Virus record (IMG/VR): IMGVR_UViG_3300017748_000003
Span: 10,021 to 74,020 of that record
Origin: a virus
DNA length: 64,000 bases
Direction: 5' to 3' (one strand)
The translations under genes and the position numbers were made by a program. The notes below the pieces were generated by a model. That model had not been told where the DNA came from and ran no database searches. It worked only from the letters and a program-made list of their open reading frames with translations. Positions 1 through 9,894 of the stretch are shown piece by piece. The stretch's first letter is position 1. Each line of letters opens with the position of its first letter.

Positions 1-41
1 TGAGATCATATTTGGGGTATCTGGCAATTCTTTACTCATGA

Positions 42-560
42 TTATTTTCTTTTAGGCGCACTACCATCTTTCATAGGGTCAGTCCTAGTCATCCCTTTAG
101 CTATACATCTAGCTTCTTTTTTAGAGCCTTTTTTAACTAACAAAAGACCTTTACCCCTGCCTTTAAATGCAACCCAAGGCACAGAGTCTTTAAGATGCTC
201 CATCAGCTTCTGACGGTTCTTCATAGAGCACATAGCGAAGGTAAAGGGATGTGCAGGATTCTCGTCAATAAATTTCATATCCTCAGAGAATGCCTTTACA
301 AGATCCCCCGTTTTTAAATCACCCTCACGGTTTTCGTTTTCAAAGTTCCACACGATAACTTTGCGATTATCTGCCATCTCCGCATAAACATAGGGAGGGT
401 CTTCTCGCAGGGGGATGCCTACAGATAAGAGGCAGCAAGCCAGATCAACGTTTTGAACTTGATACACAAAAGAACCTTGAGCTAGCTTCGTTAGAGGCTG
501 CTCAGGTTCTTTAGGCTCATCAAAAACGAACGAATTATCTACAATATTTCCTTTACTCAT
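42..560 (-). CDS. hypothetical protein in tail module (possible tail assembly chaperone)
   Basis: Clean 172-aa ORF directly downstream of putative tail tube gene; function from position only. Confidence 0.4.
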   Translation of the reverse strand: MSKGNIVDNSFVFDEPKEPEQPLTKLAQGSFVYQVQNVDLACCLLSVGIPLREDPPYVYAEMADNRKVIVWNFENENREGDLKTGDLVKAFSEDMKFIDENPAHPFTFAMCSMKNRQKLMEHLKDSVPWVAFKGRGKGLLLVKKGSKKEARCIAKGMTRTDPMKDGSAPKRK

Positions 561-637
561 GTTAACGGTTCCATCTCAGGGAGGTTCAAAGCCCTCCCCT
601 TTAGATGTCGTTTTTGCACAACGGGCAAAAGCTTCTA

Positions 638-1006
638 TTAGCTAGAAGCTATCCCGTCATAAGACGTAGCACGAATGGAGGACTTAACGAACTCTTCGTT
701 CTCCTTTTCGACAGTAACCTCATCAACGTAGATGGGTCTTGCTGTAGAGCCACCGCCTGGTGTGAGATAAGTCCCACTAAGGCTAAGGGTAGTTCCAACA
801 GTTGCCGAAACCGTTCCAAGACCTTCGATAGAGATTTCAGAGGTAGGGTTGTAGTAAGCCACCGATACGATGACTCCACAGCTATCTCTAGCCTCTTTTT
901 TATCCATCTTATTAGTCATAGAAACGGACTGAGTTGTGAGGCTGGCCTCATCATCAGTAATTCCGAACTCTAGGGCTTGTCCTACTATTGTTCCGCAAGC
1001 TGGCAT
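638..1006 (-). CDS. putative tail tube / major tail protein
   Basis: 122 aa, Thr/Ser/Gly-rich, beta-strand pattern; follows connector, completion and terminator genes. Confidence 0.55.
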   Translation of the reverse strand: MPACGTIVGQALEFGITDDEASLTTQSVSMTNKMDKKEARDSCGVIVSVAYYNPTSEISIEGLGTVSATVGTTLSLSGTYLTPGGGSTARPIYVDEVTVEKENEEFVKSSIRATSYDGIASS

Positions 1007-1071
1007 AATTTATAATCAATTTGGGTTGCTAAAGAGTATCCCTCTTATAAGGAAATTAGTCAACGGCAAAA

Positions 1072-1632
1072 TTAACCTAATTCTTCTGGAAAGGAAGCAG
1101 AGCGTTCGCCTCTGCAATAATGCCGTGTATCCAGTGTAACTTCTAAAAAAGCTTCAAACGCTAACTGAGAAGGTGTTTCACTTTCCAAGGTCCTAAATGA
1201 TACAGGCTTTTCTAGGGTATTAAGAAGGCGGGAATCAGGCTCATCAAGACCATCAGTAGTAGTCTCGATAGCGTCACATATTAAAGCAATCCACTCAAGC
1301 AAACCTTTTTTACCCCCAGATTCGGGTGTCCTACGGAAAAAGAAGTCTTTTCTAGCGCAGTATAAACGAAACGTTAATGTTATAGAGGGTGCTATAGGGC
1401 TATTAGCCCTGCTACTTTGGCCGGAAACTTGGCCTGGGGATATATCTTCGATATGCTGCAAGGATCTAGGCTGTAGTGCTGGCATATCATCATACCCATC
1501 AACTTTTAACCTACCCTCCTTATCATAATTCAAACCATCAAGCATTCTTCCATTCTGAGAATGATAAATTAAACGCTCGTTAACAACCCAAGCAGGGGTA
1601 GTAAGCTGAAATGTATCTGTCTTAGCCATCAC
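1072..1632 (-). CDS. putative tail terminator
   Basis: Size and position between gp10-like gene and tail tube. Confidence 0.45.
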   Translation of the reverse strand: MMAKTDTFQLTTPAWVVNERLIYHSQNGRMLDGLNYDKEGRLKVDGYDDMPALQPRSLQHIEDISPGQVSGQSSRANSPIAPSITLTFRLYCARKDFFFRRTPESGGKKGLLEWIALICDAIETTTDGLDEPDSRLLNTLEKPVSFRTLESETPSQLAFEAFLEVTLDTRHYCRGERSASFPEELG

Positions 1633-2114
1633 CTCATTCTAGACGCAACGCTAGCATACACAAGCGAAGGGAATCGGGCAACCGCAAAGTCGCGGCCTTT
1701 CTTAGAGATATTAAGGGGTCGGATGCCTCTAACCTTATTAGCTAATACATAATCTCTGCCTCTTACAAAAGATTTGTTTTTAAGTGCTCTATACGCTCCA
1801 GCCCTGCCAGCGCGTATAGTTAGGGGTATAAATAATTTTTGCGCCCTAACTGGTCCATGAGCTTTAGTCCCTCCGTCTAAGAAGTGAATAGTTTTAGTTC
1901 TATTATATAACATATACTTAGACGGGCCTTGCTTTCTAATCTCCCAAGCAGCACGAGTCGCGCCCGTCCATCCTTTAGGGGTAAGATCTCGAACCTTATC
2001 CTTAGTAGCAAGAACAGCTTTCCTAACTCCTGGATCCATACCAGAAGCAGTTAGTGCAGAGGAAATTTTTCCTAACGCACGCATTGTAGCCCCAGAGGAA
2101 ACACTAACCCTCAT
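1629..2114 (-). CDS. HK97 gp10-like tail completion protein
   Basis: Basic 161 aa with TP..TG..R..W and FLDGGTKAH motifs; position. Confidence 0.6.
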   Translation of the reverse strand: MRVSVSSGATMRALGKISSALTASGMDPGVRKAVLATKDKVRDLTPKGWTGATRAAWEIRKQGPSKYMLYNRTKTIHFLDGGTKAHGPVRAQKLFIPLTIRAGRAGAYRALKNKSFVRGRDYVLANKVRGIRPLNISKKGRDFAVARFPSLVYASVASRMR

Positions 2115-2725
2115 AAAGCATAGTTAGACCATTGACGATACTTTTTAAGCAGCATCGTAGCTTCTGAGGGAACTGAGGTATCTAACATACTCGTAACTAC
2201 ACCATCAAGCCCTACTACTTGCTTATTATTTTCACCTGAGAAATTAGCAGCAATAAGGGTGCAAGCTCTTCTAATGGATTGAGGCAAAGTAGCTGGGGGA
2301 GTTTCGTTATCGGTAATAGGATAACCAAACGTGCCTTTTAGCTCCATATTAAGCACAAAAGGATGTTGTTCCCCGAATACACCACCCTCTGCACGTATTT
2401 GACTTCTCCCAACGTCAAAATAATACTCGTCAAAATCAAACTTATCGTTATCTACAGCACCTATTTCCCTATCAGAGTAAACCCAGAGGTCAGTAAGAGT
2501 AATAATAGGCCAAGGCAAGGTAACTATATTTTTAGTAACCCAAGACCTAGGAACTTCTAAGGCAGTAGAACTGTAATCGTGAAACCAGAAATCAGTTTGG
2601 CAATACTCTTCTACATAACGAGACGCTGTATTAATAGCGTTCTCGTAAAGAGAATCAGGCGCATCGCTATTTTGCGTTTCGCCGGATACGTCTGAGATAG
2701 AGCAGTATGGTCTTTCCAGAGCCAT
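2111..2725 (-). CDS. head-tail connector (gp6/gp15-like)
   Basis: Start reassigned to MALERPYCSISDV; ASRYVEEYC, GTFGY and LPQSIRRACTLIAA motifs. Confidence 0.7.
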   Translation of the reverse strand: MALERPYCSISDVSGETQNSDAPDSLYENAINTASRYVEEYCQTDFWFHDYSSTALEVPRSWVTKNIVTLPWPIITLTDLWVYSDREIGAVDNDKFDFDEYYFDVGRSQIRAEGGVFGEQHPFVLNMELKGTFGYPITDNETPPATLPQSIRRACTLIAANFSGENNKQVVGLDGVVTSMLDTSVPSEATMLLKKYRQWSNYAL

Positions 2726-2729
2726 TAGA

Positions 2730-2990
2730 TTACTTCTTAGGCGACTTAGCTTTAATGGTCTTAGCCTTAACGGTCTTAGCTTTAGTAGAACCACCTTTAG
2801 CTTCTTTAGTCTGAGCAGACTTAGATGCACCTCCAGCTTTACGCTGAAGTTTGTTAAGTAGATCAGAACGTTCTTTTTCAGACGCGCATTGATCAAACTG
2901 AGCGCATACAGTCTGAATCACGTTATCAGAGGCTCCTTGGGAAGCTAGAAGTCTCTCTATAGTAGCTTTAGTAGTAGGTTTAGTGCTCAT
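2730..2990 (-). CDS. small Lys-rich hypothetical protein
   Basis: ORF from MSTKPTT, in operon. Confidence 0.5.
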   Translation of the reverse strand: MSTKPTTKATIERLLASQGASDNVIQTVCAQFDQCASEKERSDLLNKLQRKAGGASKSAQTKEAKGGSTKAKTVKAKTIKAKSPKK

Positions 2991-3028
2991 AATATATCCT
3001 TTGTTTAGATGATTGTTTCTAAGTAACA

Positions 3029-3613
3029 TTAAGCCGCAGACACTCTACGCGACCGTAGAGCTTTTGTCTTGGGTTTATTAGAAGAAGTTTTCTTAGTATC
3101 TAATTCCTTTTTAGATGGCTTAGCATTACCAGAAGACTCTTTCTTAGTCTCAGTGCCGTCCCACTTAGGCAGAGCCAAGCGTTCAACTTTACTAAGCTTA
3201 GTCCAGCCCATAAGCCTAGCCCCTTCGACTATACGATCAACTAGCATAGCTCTTGTATCATGAACTGAGGATTTAGATATAACTCCCCCGATGTCGTTAA
3301 TAGCCCCTACCATTTTAACCAAGCGTAACTTAGACACACGGGATTCAAGGATATTAATAATCTTACTATGCTCCCAAGGAACAGATCTTAAATCAAACCT
3401 AGGTGTACCGAGAGGTTTAATTTTTTCAGCAATAACTCTTTCTTCTTTAGATACAGGCTTAGTAATAATCTTATAATTACTTTTAGCCGCCACTTCATCT
3501 TTACAGATGAGATCCCATTCTTTTTCGTAGAGATCGAGTTTATCTCCCTTTTTTACCTGACCGAATCTAGACAAGGTATTTACTGTATCGCCTATGTATT
3601 GAACTTTCTTCAT
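3029..3613 (-). CDS. hypothetical protein downstream of major capsid
   Basis: 194-aa ORF, basic C-terminal tail. Confidence 0.55.
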   Translation of the reverse strand: MKKVQYIGDTVNTLSRFGQVKKGDKLDLYEKEWDLICKDEVAAKSNYKIITKPVSKEERVIAEKIKPLGTPRFDLRSVPWEHSKIINILESRVSKLRLVKMVGAINDIGGVISKSSVHDTRAMLVDRIVEGARLMGWTKLSKVERLALPKWDGTETKKESSGNAKPSKKELDTKKTSSNKPKTKALRSRRVSAA

Positions 3614-3699
3614 TAAATCTAAAGGTAGCAGATATAATGCTACTAGACTTTGCGATTCAGTGCAAGTTTAAAATAAACACTAAGAATTGCACAGAGTGC

Positions 3700-3741
3700 A
3701 AAAAAACACCCCGCCTAGACTAACGAACTAGACGGGGTGTT
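3700..3741 (-). terminator. Rho-independent terminator after major capsid gene
   Basis: Minus strand AACACCCCGTCTAG-loop-CTAGGCGGGGTGTT followed by T-run. Confidence 0.8.
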
Positions 3742-3798
3742 ATGTGCTACCAACACTAACGAGGGGCGATACTCGCTAGAGAGGGAATTTGGTAGGGA

Positions 3799-5523
3799 TT
3801 AGGCATCGTAGTTGAATCCCATAACAACGGATGGGACAGCAGCCGTAGGAGTCTCCTTAGGCACGAAGTCCCTGCGGAACGAGGCGATAACAGAGTTAAT
3901 CTGTCGCTTCTTATCTACGTCAACCTCAACGGTAAATCCACGCTTGGAACCGACGATGAAAGAAGGTCGGTGAACAAGGAGGATAGAACCTTTAGTGGTG
4001 GTAGTGCCGTCATAAACGCCACTAGCGTTAAGATCTTCACGCACTTGTGAAGAAACAACGATGCGGATTCCAAAGATGGAAGCAGCTTCACCAGTAAGGA
4101 TGCGAGCAGCAGCAGCGTTACCCACCTTATCAAAGGTAAGGGTCTCATCAAGCGAAACGAGTTCGTTGTAAGCTTGTGAGTTTACTACCAGCATAAGATC
4201 GCGTGGACGGATGCCCCAACGCTTAAGCTTCTTACGCATCTCGATGATATTAGCAGCGGAGATACCTCCAGTGCTGATGTCAACTGAAAGTGCTCCGGTA
4301 TTAGCAAGAGCTAGCTTTCTCAATCCATTAAACAGCTTGCTGGAGTGACCAGCTACTGCATCAATGTCAGAGTCTTGGTGAGTTCCAGCGGTATCACCGT
4401 TAACTACAGCACCTTCAAAAGCATCAGCAGCACCTGCTGCAAGATTCTCTGTAAGAAGGGGAAGCACAGCGATGATAGCATCTTCGTCGGACTCGTAAGA
4501 ATACTCACTCATTCCGATAAGCTTCTTGGCATCCAGCGTAATGTCGCTAGTTCCAGGCTCACTAGCCGTAGGATCAGAACCCGGTGCCTCAGAACCAACA
4601 AAGAAGCTGGTCCGTGTAGTGGTCATAGGGAACTTGAACGGATTAGTTGGCATATCAATCTCAGACGCAAGCAACTCAGCAGCGATTTGAGACTCAAGAT
4701 ACATACGAGCCTGAAGGTCGCTAGAAAGGTCGCTTGGGATAAGCTCAGCACCTGATCCAGAACCGCCAGTAGTAAGAGCCTTACCACCGTAAACAACAGC
4801 ATGACGAGCACGCTTAATGTTTGCTGCGCCAACAGCATGGGCAGACTTAACCTGATCTTCGCTGATGCCGTGGTTCATAGAAGTAGGAACTTCTACTCCA
4901 GCAGACTTCATCTCAGACTTACGCTCGTCAGAAACGTGAGCAAGGCAGAGGTTAAGTAGCTGCTTTTGTCCAACAGACAGGTTGCCTGAGCGATGCTCAA
5001 CAGGGAACTCGTTACCATTTCCGGCATTAAACTCAACCTTAGAGGCTTGCTTAATGGAGGAAGCGAAAGTATCAAGCATTTGCTTCATGCTATCTTCGGT
5101 AAGAGCTTGTGCTGGAATAGCTTTCTTGATGTCAGCTACAAGAGCTTCTTTATCAATGCCAGTGCCACCGTTATGCTTAACGATAACAGCCTCGATTTGC
5201 TTAATGTCTGGAACACCTTCCTTAGCGGCTTTAACGATGTCGTCGCTGAGCTTGTCAACGTCTACACCTGAACCTGCTGGAATACCGTCCTTGACTGCCT
5301 TAGTAATAAGGCTAGTAAGCTCTTCTGAGGTAGTCTTAGTGTCTTCGGGGCTGTTGCCCTCGCCGTCTTCTACATCAGGAGCGTAGTCCTTGATGATAGC
5401 GTCAAAAAGCTCACCGGCCTTAGCAGTAAGGTCCGAAAGCTCATTGTTCTCTTCGTCGCTGAGGTGGCCGGCTTTAGAATGGAGAGCCGCCAACCGCAGT
5501 TTTTCCTTGAGTGTTAATTTCAT
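3799..5523 (-). CDS. major capsid protein (HK97 fold) with ~248-aa N-terminal scaffold/delta domain
   Basis: K|ALTTGGSGSGAELIP start, ITLDAKKL, vNGD and IFGIRIVVS motifs; follows prohead protease. Confidence 0.9.
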   Translation of the reverse strand: MKLTLKEKLRLAALHSKAGHLSDEENNELSDLTAKAGELFDAIIKDYAPDVEDGEGNSPEDTKTTSEELTSLITKAVKDGIPAGSGVDVDKLSDDIVKAAKEGVPDIKQIEAVIVKHNGGTGIDKEALVADIKKAIPAQALTEDSMKQMLDTFASSIKQASKVEFNAGNGNEFPVEHRSGNLSVGQKQLLNLCLAHVSDERKSEMKSAGVEVPTSMNHGISEDQVKSAHAVGAANIKRARHAVVYGGKALTTGGSGSGAELIPSDLSSDLQARMYLESQIAAELLASEIDMPTNPFKFPMTTTRTSFFVGSEAPGSDPTASEPGTSDITLDAKKLIGMSEYSYESDEDAIIAVLPLLTENLAAGAADAFEGAVVNGDTAGTHQDSDIDAVAGHSSKLFNGLRKLALANTGALSVDISTGGISAANIIEMRKKLKRWGIRPRDLMLVVNSQAYNELVSLDETLTFDKVGNAAAARILTGEAASIFGIRIVVSSQVREDLNASGVYDGTTTTKGSILLVHRPSFIVGSKRGFTVEVDVDKKRQINSVIASFRRDFVPKETPTAAVPSVVMGFNYDA

Positions 5524-5662
5524 GGAGTGAATAATTAATAAGTTATTATTATTAGTTAGGGTTTGCTTATGGCTTTCCGGCTGACCTCTTACTTACAATG
5601 TGCTTTCGGGGCTTGAGGCAGAAAATCTTAAAAATATACTGTCTTCAATTTTTATATGCTAG

Positions 5663-6556
5663 TCAAGCAGAATTTTTTAGTCGGAGTTCACCTCCGAATC
5701 GCTTGCAATGCATTTCAAATGCTTTCTCTACAAACTGCTCATCAAGTGCGCGGACTTGAAATTTTGCGTCTGGATTAGCGGGGACAACGACCAGAGAAGT
5801 TTCATATAAATCAATTTCCTCAATACCTTTATAATCTTCCTTGTAGAAGAAGCCTCCTCCAATAGAGAGAGTTTTAAGAGAACCCTCCATAATTTGGTAT
5901 CTAGTATGAACAGCGTCTGGGTGTGGGCTATTAGTGACTACGCCTTTAAGGGCAAGGCCGCGATCATTAACGCTAACCTCTGAGTAATGACCCATAAGGT
6001 TTCCTACCTCACGAACATGGTCAGTGAGCATTACAGGATTTTCTCTAAAGCTCTTAAGGGATGCATCAAAAGCACCGGCCTCTATGTAGTCACCGTCTCT
6101 GTCTTCTGGAGTAGTAGAGGCGAATGTAGAACCGTAACCTTCAAAAGTTACATTTTTATAATCTACGGTAAGATCACCGTCCTTAACTTCGACAGCAGCC
6201 TTACAATTTTCCAGAGGATCACGAGTTTGGAAAGATTTTGCATCACGATCAAGCAATGCTACGGCATCCAAAGGCGTAGCCAAGTCTCTAGAAATAGTAG
6301 TTCCAGCTTCTTTAGCGGCAACAAGAACACCCGAAGCATTTGGCAAGCATAACCGAACATCATAGTTTGAGCCTTTCTCTGCCGCTACAACAGCTACCAC
6401 AGGCTGATCTCCGAGCTTAAACATAATAGTCTTGCCTACCATGCTAGGACGCTTAGGTGCAGGAGACTTTTGGCTCTTCTTGTTCTCCCTGCTGCTAACT
6501 ATGCTGATAGTTTTCTTAGCCGCAGGTTTGGGATTAGTAATAGTAATCTTGCCCAT
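5663..6556 (-). CDS. HK97-family prohead protease with N-terminal extension
   Basis: FEGYGSTF..DRDGDYI..GAF, MLTDH, LSIGG, LYETSLVVVPANPDA; start at MGKITIT, 7 nt after a TTGCGT-N17-TACAGT promoter. Confidence 0.9.
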   Translation of the reverse strand: MGKITITNPKPAAKKTISIVSSRENKKSQKSPAPKRPSMVGKTIMFKLGDQPVVAVVAAEKGSNYDVRLCLPNASGVLVAAKEAGTTISRDLATPLDAVALLDRDAKSFQTRDPLENCKAAVEVKDGDLTVDYKNVTFEGYGSTFASTTPEDRDGDYIEAGAFDASLKSFRENPVMLTDHVREVGNLMGHYSEVSVNDRGLALKGVVTNSPHPDAVHTRYQIMEGSLKTLSIGGGFFYKEDYKGIEEIDLYETSLVVVPANPDAKFQVRALDEQFVEKAFEMHCKRFGGELRLKNSA

Positions 6557-6618
6557 GCTATTTACTGTAACCTCTGACAATATTATACGCAAGAAGTTTT
6601 GCACATCGTGCAAATTGA

Positions 6619-7590
6619 TCATCTAACCCTAGCTGGGCCTGTGTAAGGGAACGCCTCCATTACTAATGGGGGAGGAGATCCATCCCTAAGATAAAACCCA
6701 GAAGCGAATATAACGCCGGTATGATTAGGGTGAAACACAAGCTCACGCTCTCTCCATATAGGAACATTAGATATATTACAGGTAGGATTACCGTCTATGT
6801 GCGGTGATGCAATCTCAACACCCGCACAACCAAAAACCGAAAGATGGCTCACAGACCCTGCGTGTTTCATTGATAATTTAGTGCCTAAATCCGAAGCCTT
6901 GCCCATCTCAGTTCTTGATATAGTAGCAATTCTAGACTCACCTATCTTATTAGCGTCTCTTATAGAGTTAGCCACCTCAGCCTGATTAAACCCTAACTGT
7001 ATTGATCCAGCTACTACCTCCTTAATCCTTCTTTCGGTAGTTTCGTTAATACCCCTAATACCAGAGGCAACCTCATTAACTCTCTGATTTAACTCTGATC
7101 GAAAGGCAGGTAACGGCTGCCAAGGCTCATTTAAATTTGTCCTGTTCAGCAAGGAGCCTACCTTAACATAAGCATCAGAAGATACAGATTGAACTGCTGG
7201 AAGAATATCAAGAACTAACTCATCAGACATAACAGCGAGAACGCTGATAATTGATTCTTCCCATATAGACGCTTGTTGGTCTTGCGTAAGTCTTACTTCA
7301 GACCTAACGCCATAAACTCTTCTAGAAGTAGATAATGCTCGGTCTATTATAGACTCTTTAAGCCTCTTAAAATACTTAGACAATTTTTCGTCAAGAAGTC
7401 TCTGTCCACGACCACGAGCAAAACGTTGTATATTAGAGATGTCGTAGTTAAGCTTAACACCTGCATCACCTCGCGTATTTTCCCATGTCCAGCCCTCGTC
7501 GGGCATTTTACTGCGACTATACCTCTGGAATATCTTCCAAGGTGACTCACGGCGGTAACGAGTCCTTATTCTATTAAAGGCTTCGCTCAT
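6619..7590 (-). CDS. head morphogenesis protein (Mu gpF / SPP1 gp7-like)
   Basis: INETT, RIATISRTE and FHPNHTG motifs; lies between portal and protease. Confidence 0.75.
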   Translation of the reverse strand: MSEAFNRIRTRYRRESPWKIFQRYSRSKMPDEGWTWENTRGDAGVKLNYDISNIQRFARGRGQRLLDEKLSKYFKRLKESIIDRALSTSRRVYGVRSEVRLTQDQQASIWEESIISVLAVMSDELVLDILPAVQSVSSDAYVKVGSLLNRTNLNEPWQPLPAFRSELNQRVNEVASGIRGINETTERRIKEVVAGSIQLGFNQAEVANSIRDANKIGESRIATISRTEMGKASDLGTKLSMKHAGSVSHLSVFGCAGVEIASPHIDGNPTCNISNVPIWRERELVFHPNHTGVIFASGFYLRDGSPPPLVMEAFPYTGPARVR

Positions 7591-7600
7591 AGCTACCGCC

Positions 7601-9850
7601 CTATATCAATTCTCTTCTTCTTGCCTCAGAAGGCCAGTAAGTCATGCCAGCCCTGCCGCCCCAAAGCTGTGCTGCGGCATAAGCAGGGCTACCTTTTGGT
7701 TCGTCTAAGAATCTTTTATTTCTTCCCCACCAGCGATTAGCTTTAGAAGTCCATTCATCAGTAGGCATACCGCCAGAGATAAAGTCCTTAGCCATCCTTA
7801 CAGTTATTGGCTCCAAGCCACCACCTGTTTCCCCATTCTCATGCCGCCTAATTCCATCTCTATAGGAGGCTATAGCTCCTTTTGGGGGTTTTCTGCGCTT
7901 AACAGCTTTTTCTTCTTCCTCGTCATCGTTGTAGCTGGATTTATCTTCCTCTTCCTCGTCATCGTAGCTATATTTATCCTCTTCCTCATCGTCGTAGTAA
8001 GAGTCTTCTTGTTCTTCTTGTCTTATGTAAGTCAAGTAAGCGTGAGGTTGATCGCTATGGGTTGCTCCCACCATAGGTCCTCCGTCTGGATGTATATGGT
8101 AATAACCTACATATTCCTCGCCCGTTCTTGTCAAGACTAACTCTCCACCTTCAGTATAAAGATTTTCTACCAATCCGGGAGGATTTTCACCATCGTGATA
8201 CCCTTTACTAGATAAAGGATGTCCTTTAGGAAGAAGGTCTGTGTCATGCTTGCCGCTCCTAAATCTACCGTTTCTTAAGACATATAAGAACGAGTTTACT
8301 CTAGCGTAAGCCCACTGATCTGGCGATGTAACGTTCGGTCTAACAGAGCCTGGATTTGTATTATAAGCACCAACACCCCGTTTAAATACCGCTATAAGCG
8401 TGCGTAGGTTAGTCCTCTTTGTTTTAGCGTTACCTACTTTTTCGTTATGATCCTTAACTTTCTTTTGTAGACCTTTACGAACTGCGGCACTTACATCTTT
8501 TTCTTGCTCCTCATCCTCTTCCTCATCGTCATCTTCGTCGTGATAACTCTTATCTTCTAAGGACTCAGAGATCTCATTATCGGTAGGGCTTGCTAACCCA
8601 GACATCTCAAGAGGGATAACTTGAAAATTCACAGTAAATATATCCATAAGAGGATCATCTACCAACTCAAGATGCGCCCGTTCTCTAACCTCATTACGGG
8701 TCATAATACCCCTATCAACCAAAGGACCAAAATCTTTAGAGATCTGCTCCATGTCCACAAGACCATCAAAGTCATAGGACAGCATAAGGTTTGCGTTTTT
8801 AGCAGAAATAAAACCATCGTTATTCAGCTTAGTAACGATAACGTCAATGAGTGGAACGATAGTGTAACGTCTAAAATTAACTTCCTCTTGCCTAGATGTA
8901 GCATAATTCTGAGCATTCTTAAGCCCAAAGACAGAAAGAGGAACACCGTGATTAAGAATAATCTGCTCAGTAGTCCACCTCTCTTTTTCCAGTGCTTGCA
9001 TCTCAGCCATAGTCATGCCGAGCTTAATGTAATTCCAATCACCGTTAAGAAAGGCCGTCTTTCCGGCGTTTTCTTTACCACCGTAGTCAGCTTCCCACTT
9101 AGACTTAAGTGCCTCCCACTGATCTTGATCCTCGATAGAATCTTTTCTGTGTAAGATACCAGAGGGCTGAGCACCTTGACTAAGAAACTTTTCGTTAAGG
9201 GTATCCTTGTTAATAAAATCGTTAAAAACGGCTTCAGATCCTTCTACGTCTCCAAGACCCATGCACAAGTCGTTAGGGTGCGTGCGCTTAAAGTGTATAA
9301 TCTCTTTAGCATCAAAAATAATTTCTTGCCCATTAACTCTGTAAATATAAGAAGATATTTTCTGCTTACGGTCTGGGACAGGTTCGATGTGCTGAGGCAG
9401 TAATGGATAAAGTGCGGTAGGTCTACCTACCAAATCAACTTCATCTTTAAGCCAATAAGCGTTTCCTGTAAGCCCAAGATGCCAACAGGTAAGAGCCATT
9501 ACATCTGTCCAAGTATCGTAAGGGTTAGGCTCCGTAAGAAAGCCTCCCTCAGAAAAATTACCAGCACCAGAAACCCTGCTACCGTTCTTATTAGGATCAA
9601 CTACTTTAAATCTAGCTGATATAACACGAGATTCTATCAGCCTCATACACCTAAAAGTAACCCATACTCTTTTGCATCCAGCGTCTAAGTAAGACTGATA
9701 GTCAGTAAACTTATGAATAGGTATACCTAAAGCGCGTTCAATATAGTCACGCTCTTTAGTAGATACAAGAAACCGCGACATCATCGCAACGTCTGACGGA
9801 GATGCGTTCTCCGTCCTAAAAGATTTATTTCGCTTAAGGAACCCTAGCAT
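7601..9850 (-). CDS. HK97-family portal protein with ~320-aa multi-module C-terminal extension
   Basis: LGLTGNAYW, EIIHFK, GAQPSGIL, ENAGKT, GVPLS, GIMTRNEVRE motifs. Confidence 0.9.
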   Translation of the reverse strand: MLGFLKRNKSFRTENASPSDVAMMSRFLVSTKERDYIERALGIPIHKFTDYQSYLDAGCKRVWVTFRCMRLIESRVISARFKVVDPNKNGSRVSGAGNFSEGGFLTEPNPYDTWTDVMALTCWHLGLTGNAYWLKDEVDLVGRPTALYPLLPQHIEPVPDRKQKISSYIYRVNGQEIIFDAKEIIHFKRTHPNDLCMGLGDVEGSEAVFNDFINKDTLNEKFLSQGAQPSGILHRKDSIEDQDQWEALKSKWEADYGGKENAGKTAFLNGDWNYIKLGMTMAEMQALEKERWTTEQIILNHGVPLSVFGLKNAQNYATSRQEEVNFRRYTIVPLIDVIVTKLNNDGFISAKNANLMLSYDFDGLVDMEQISKDFGPLVDRGIMTRNEVRERAHLELVDDPLMDIFTVNFQVIPLEMSGLASPTDNEISESLEDKSYHDEDDDEEEDEEQEKDVSAAVRKGLQKKVKDHNEKVGNAKTKRTNLRTLIAVFKRGVGAYNTNPGSVRPNVTSPDQWAYARVNSFLYVLRNGRFRSGKHDTDLLPKGHPLSSKGYHDGENPPGLVENLYTEGGELVLTRTGEEYVGYYHIHPDGGPMVGATHSDQPHAYLTYIRQEEQEDSYYDDEEEDKYSYDDEEEEDKSSYNDDEEEEKAVKRRKPPKGAIASYRDGIRRHENGETGGGLEPITVRMAKDFISGGMPTDEWTSKANRWWGRNKRFLDEPKGSPAYAAAQLWGGRAGMTYWPSEARRRELI

Positions 9851-9894
9851 GGCTTGTCAAGGTAATTACCAGCAAAAGACTACTATCTATAACC

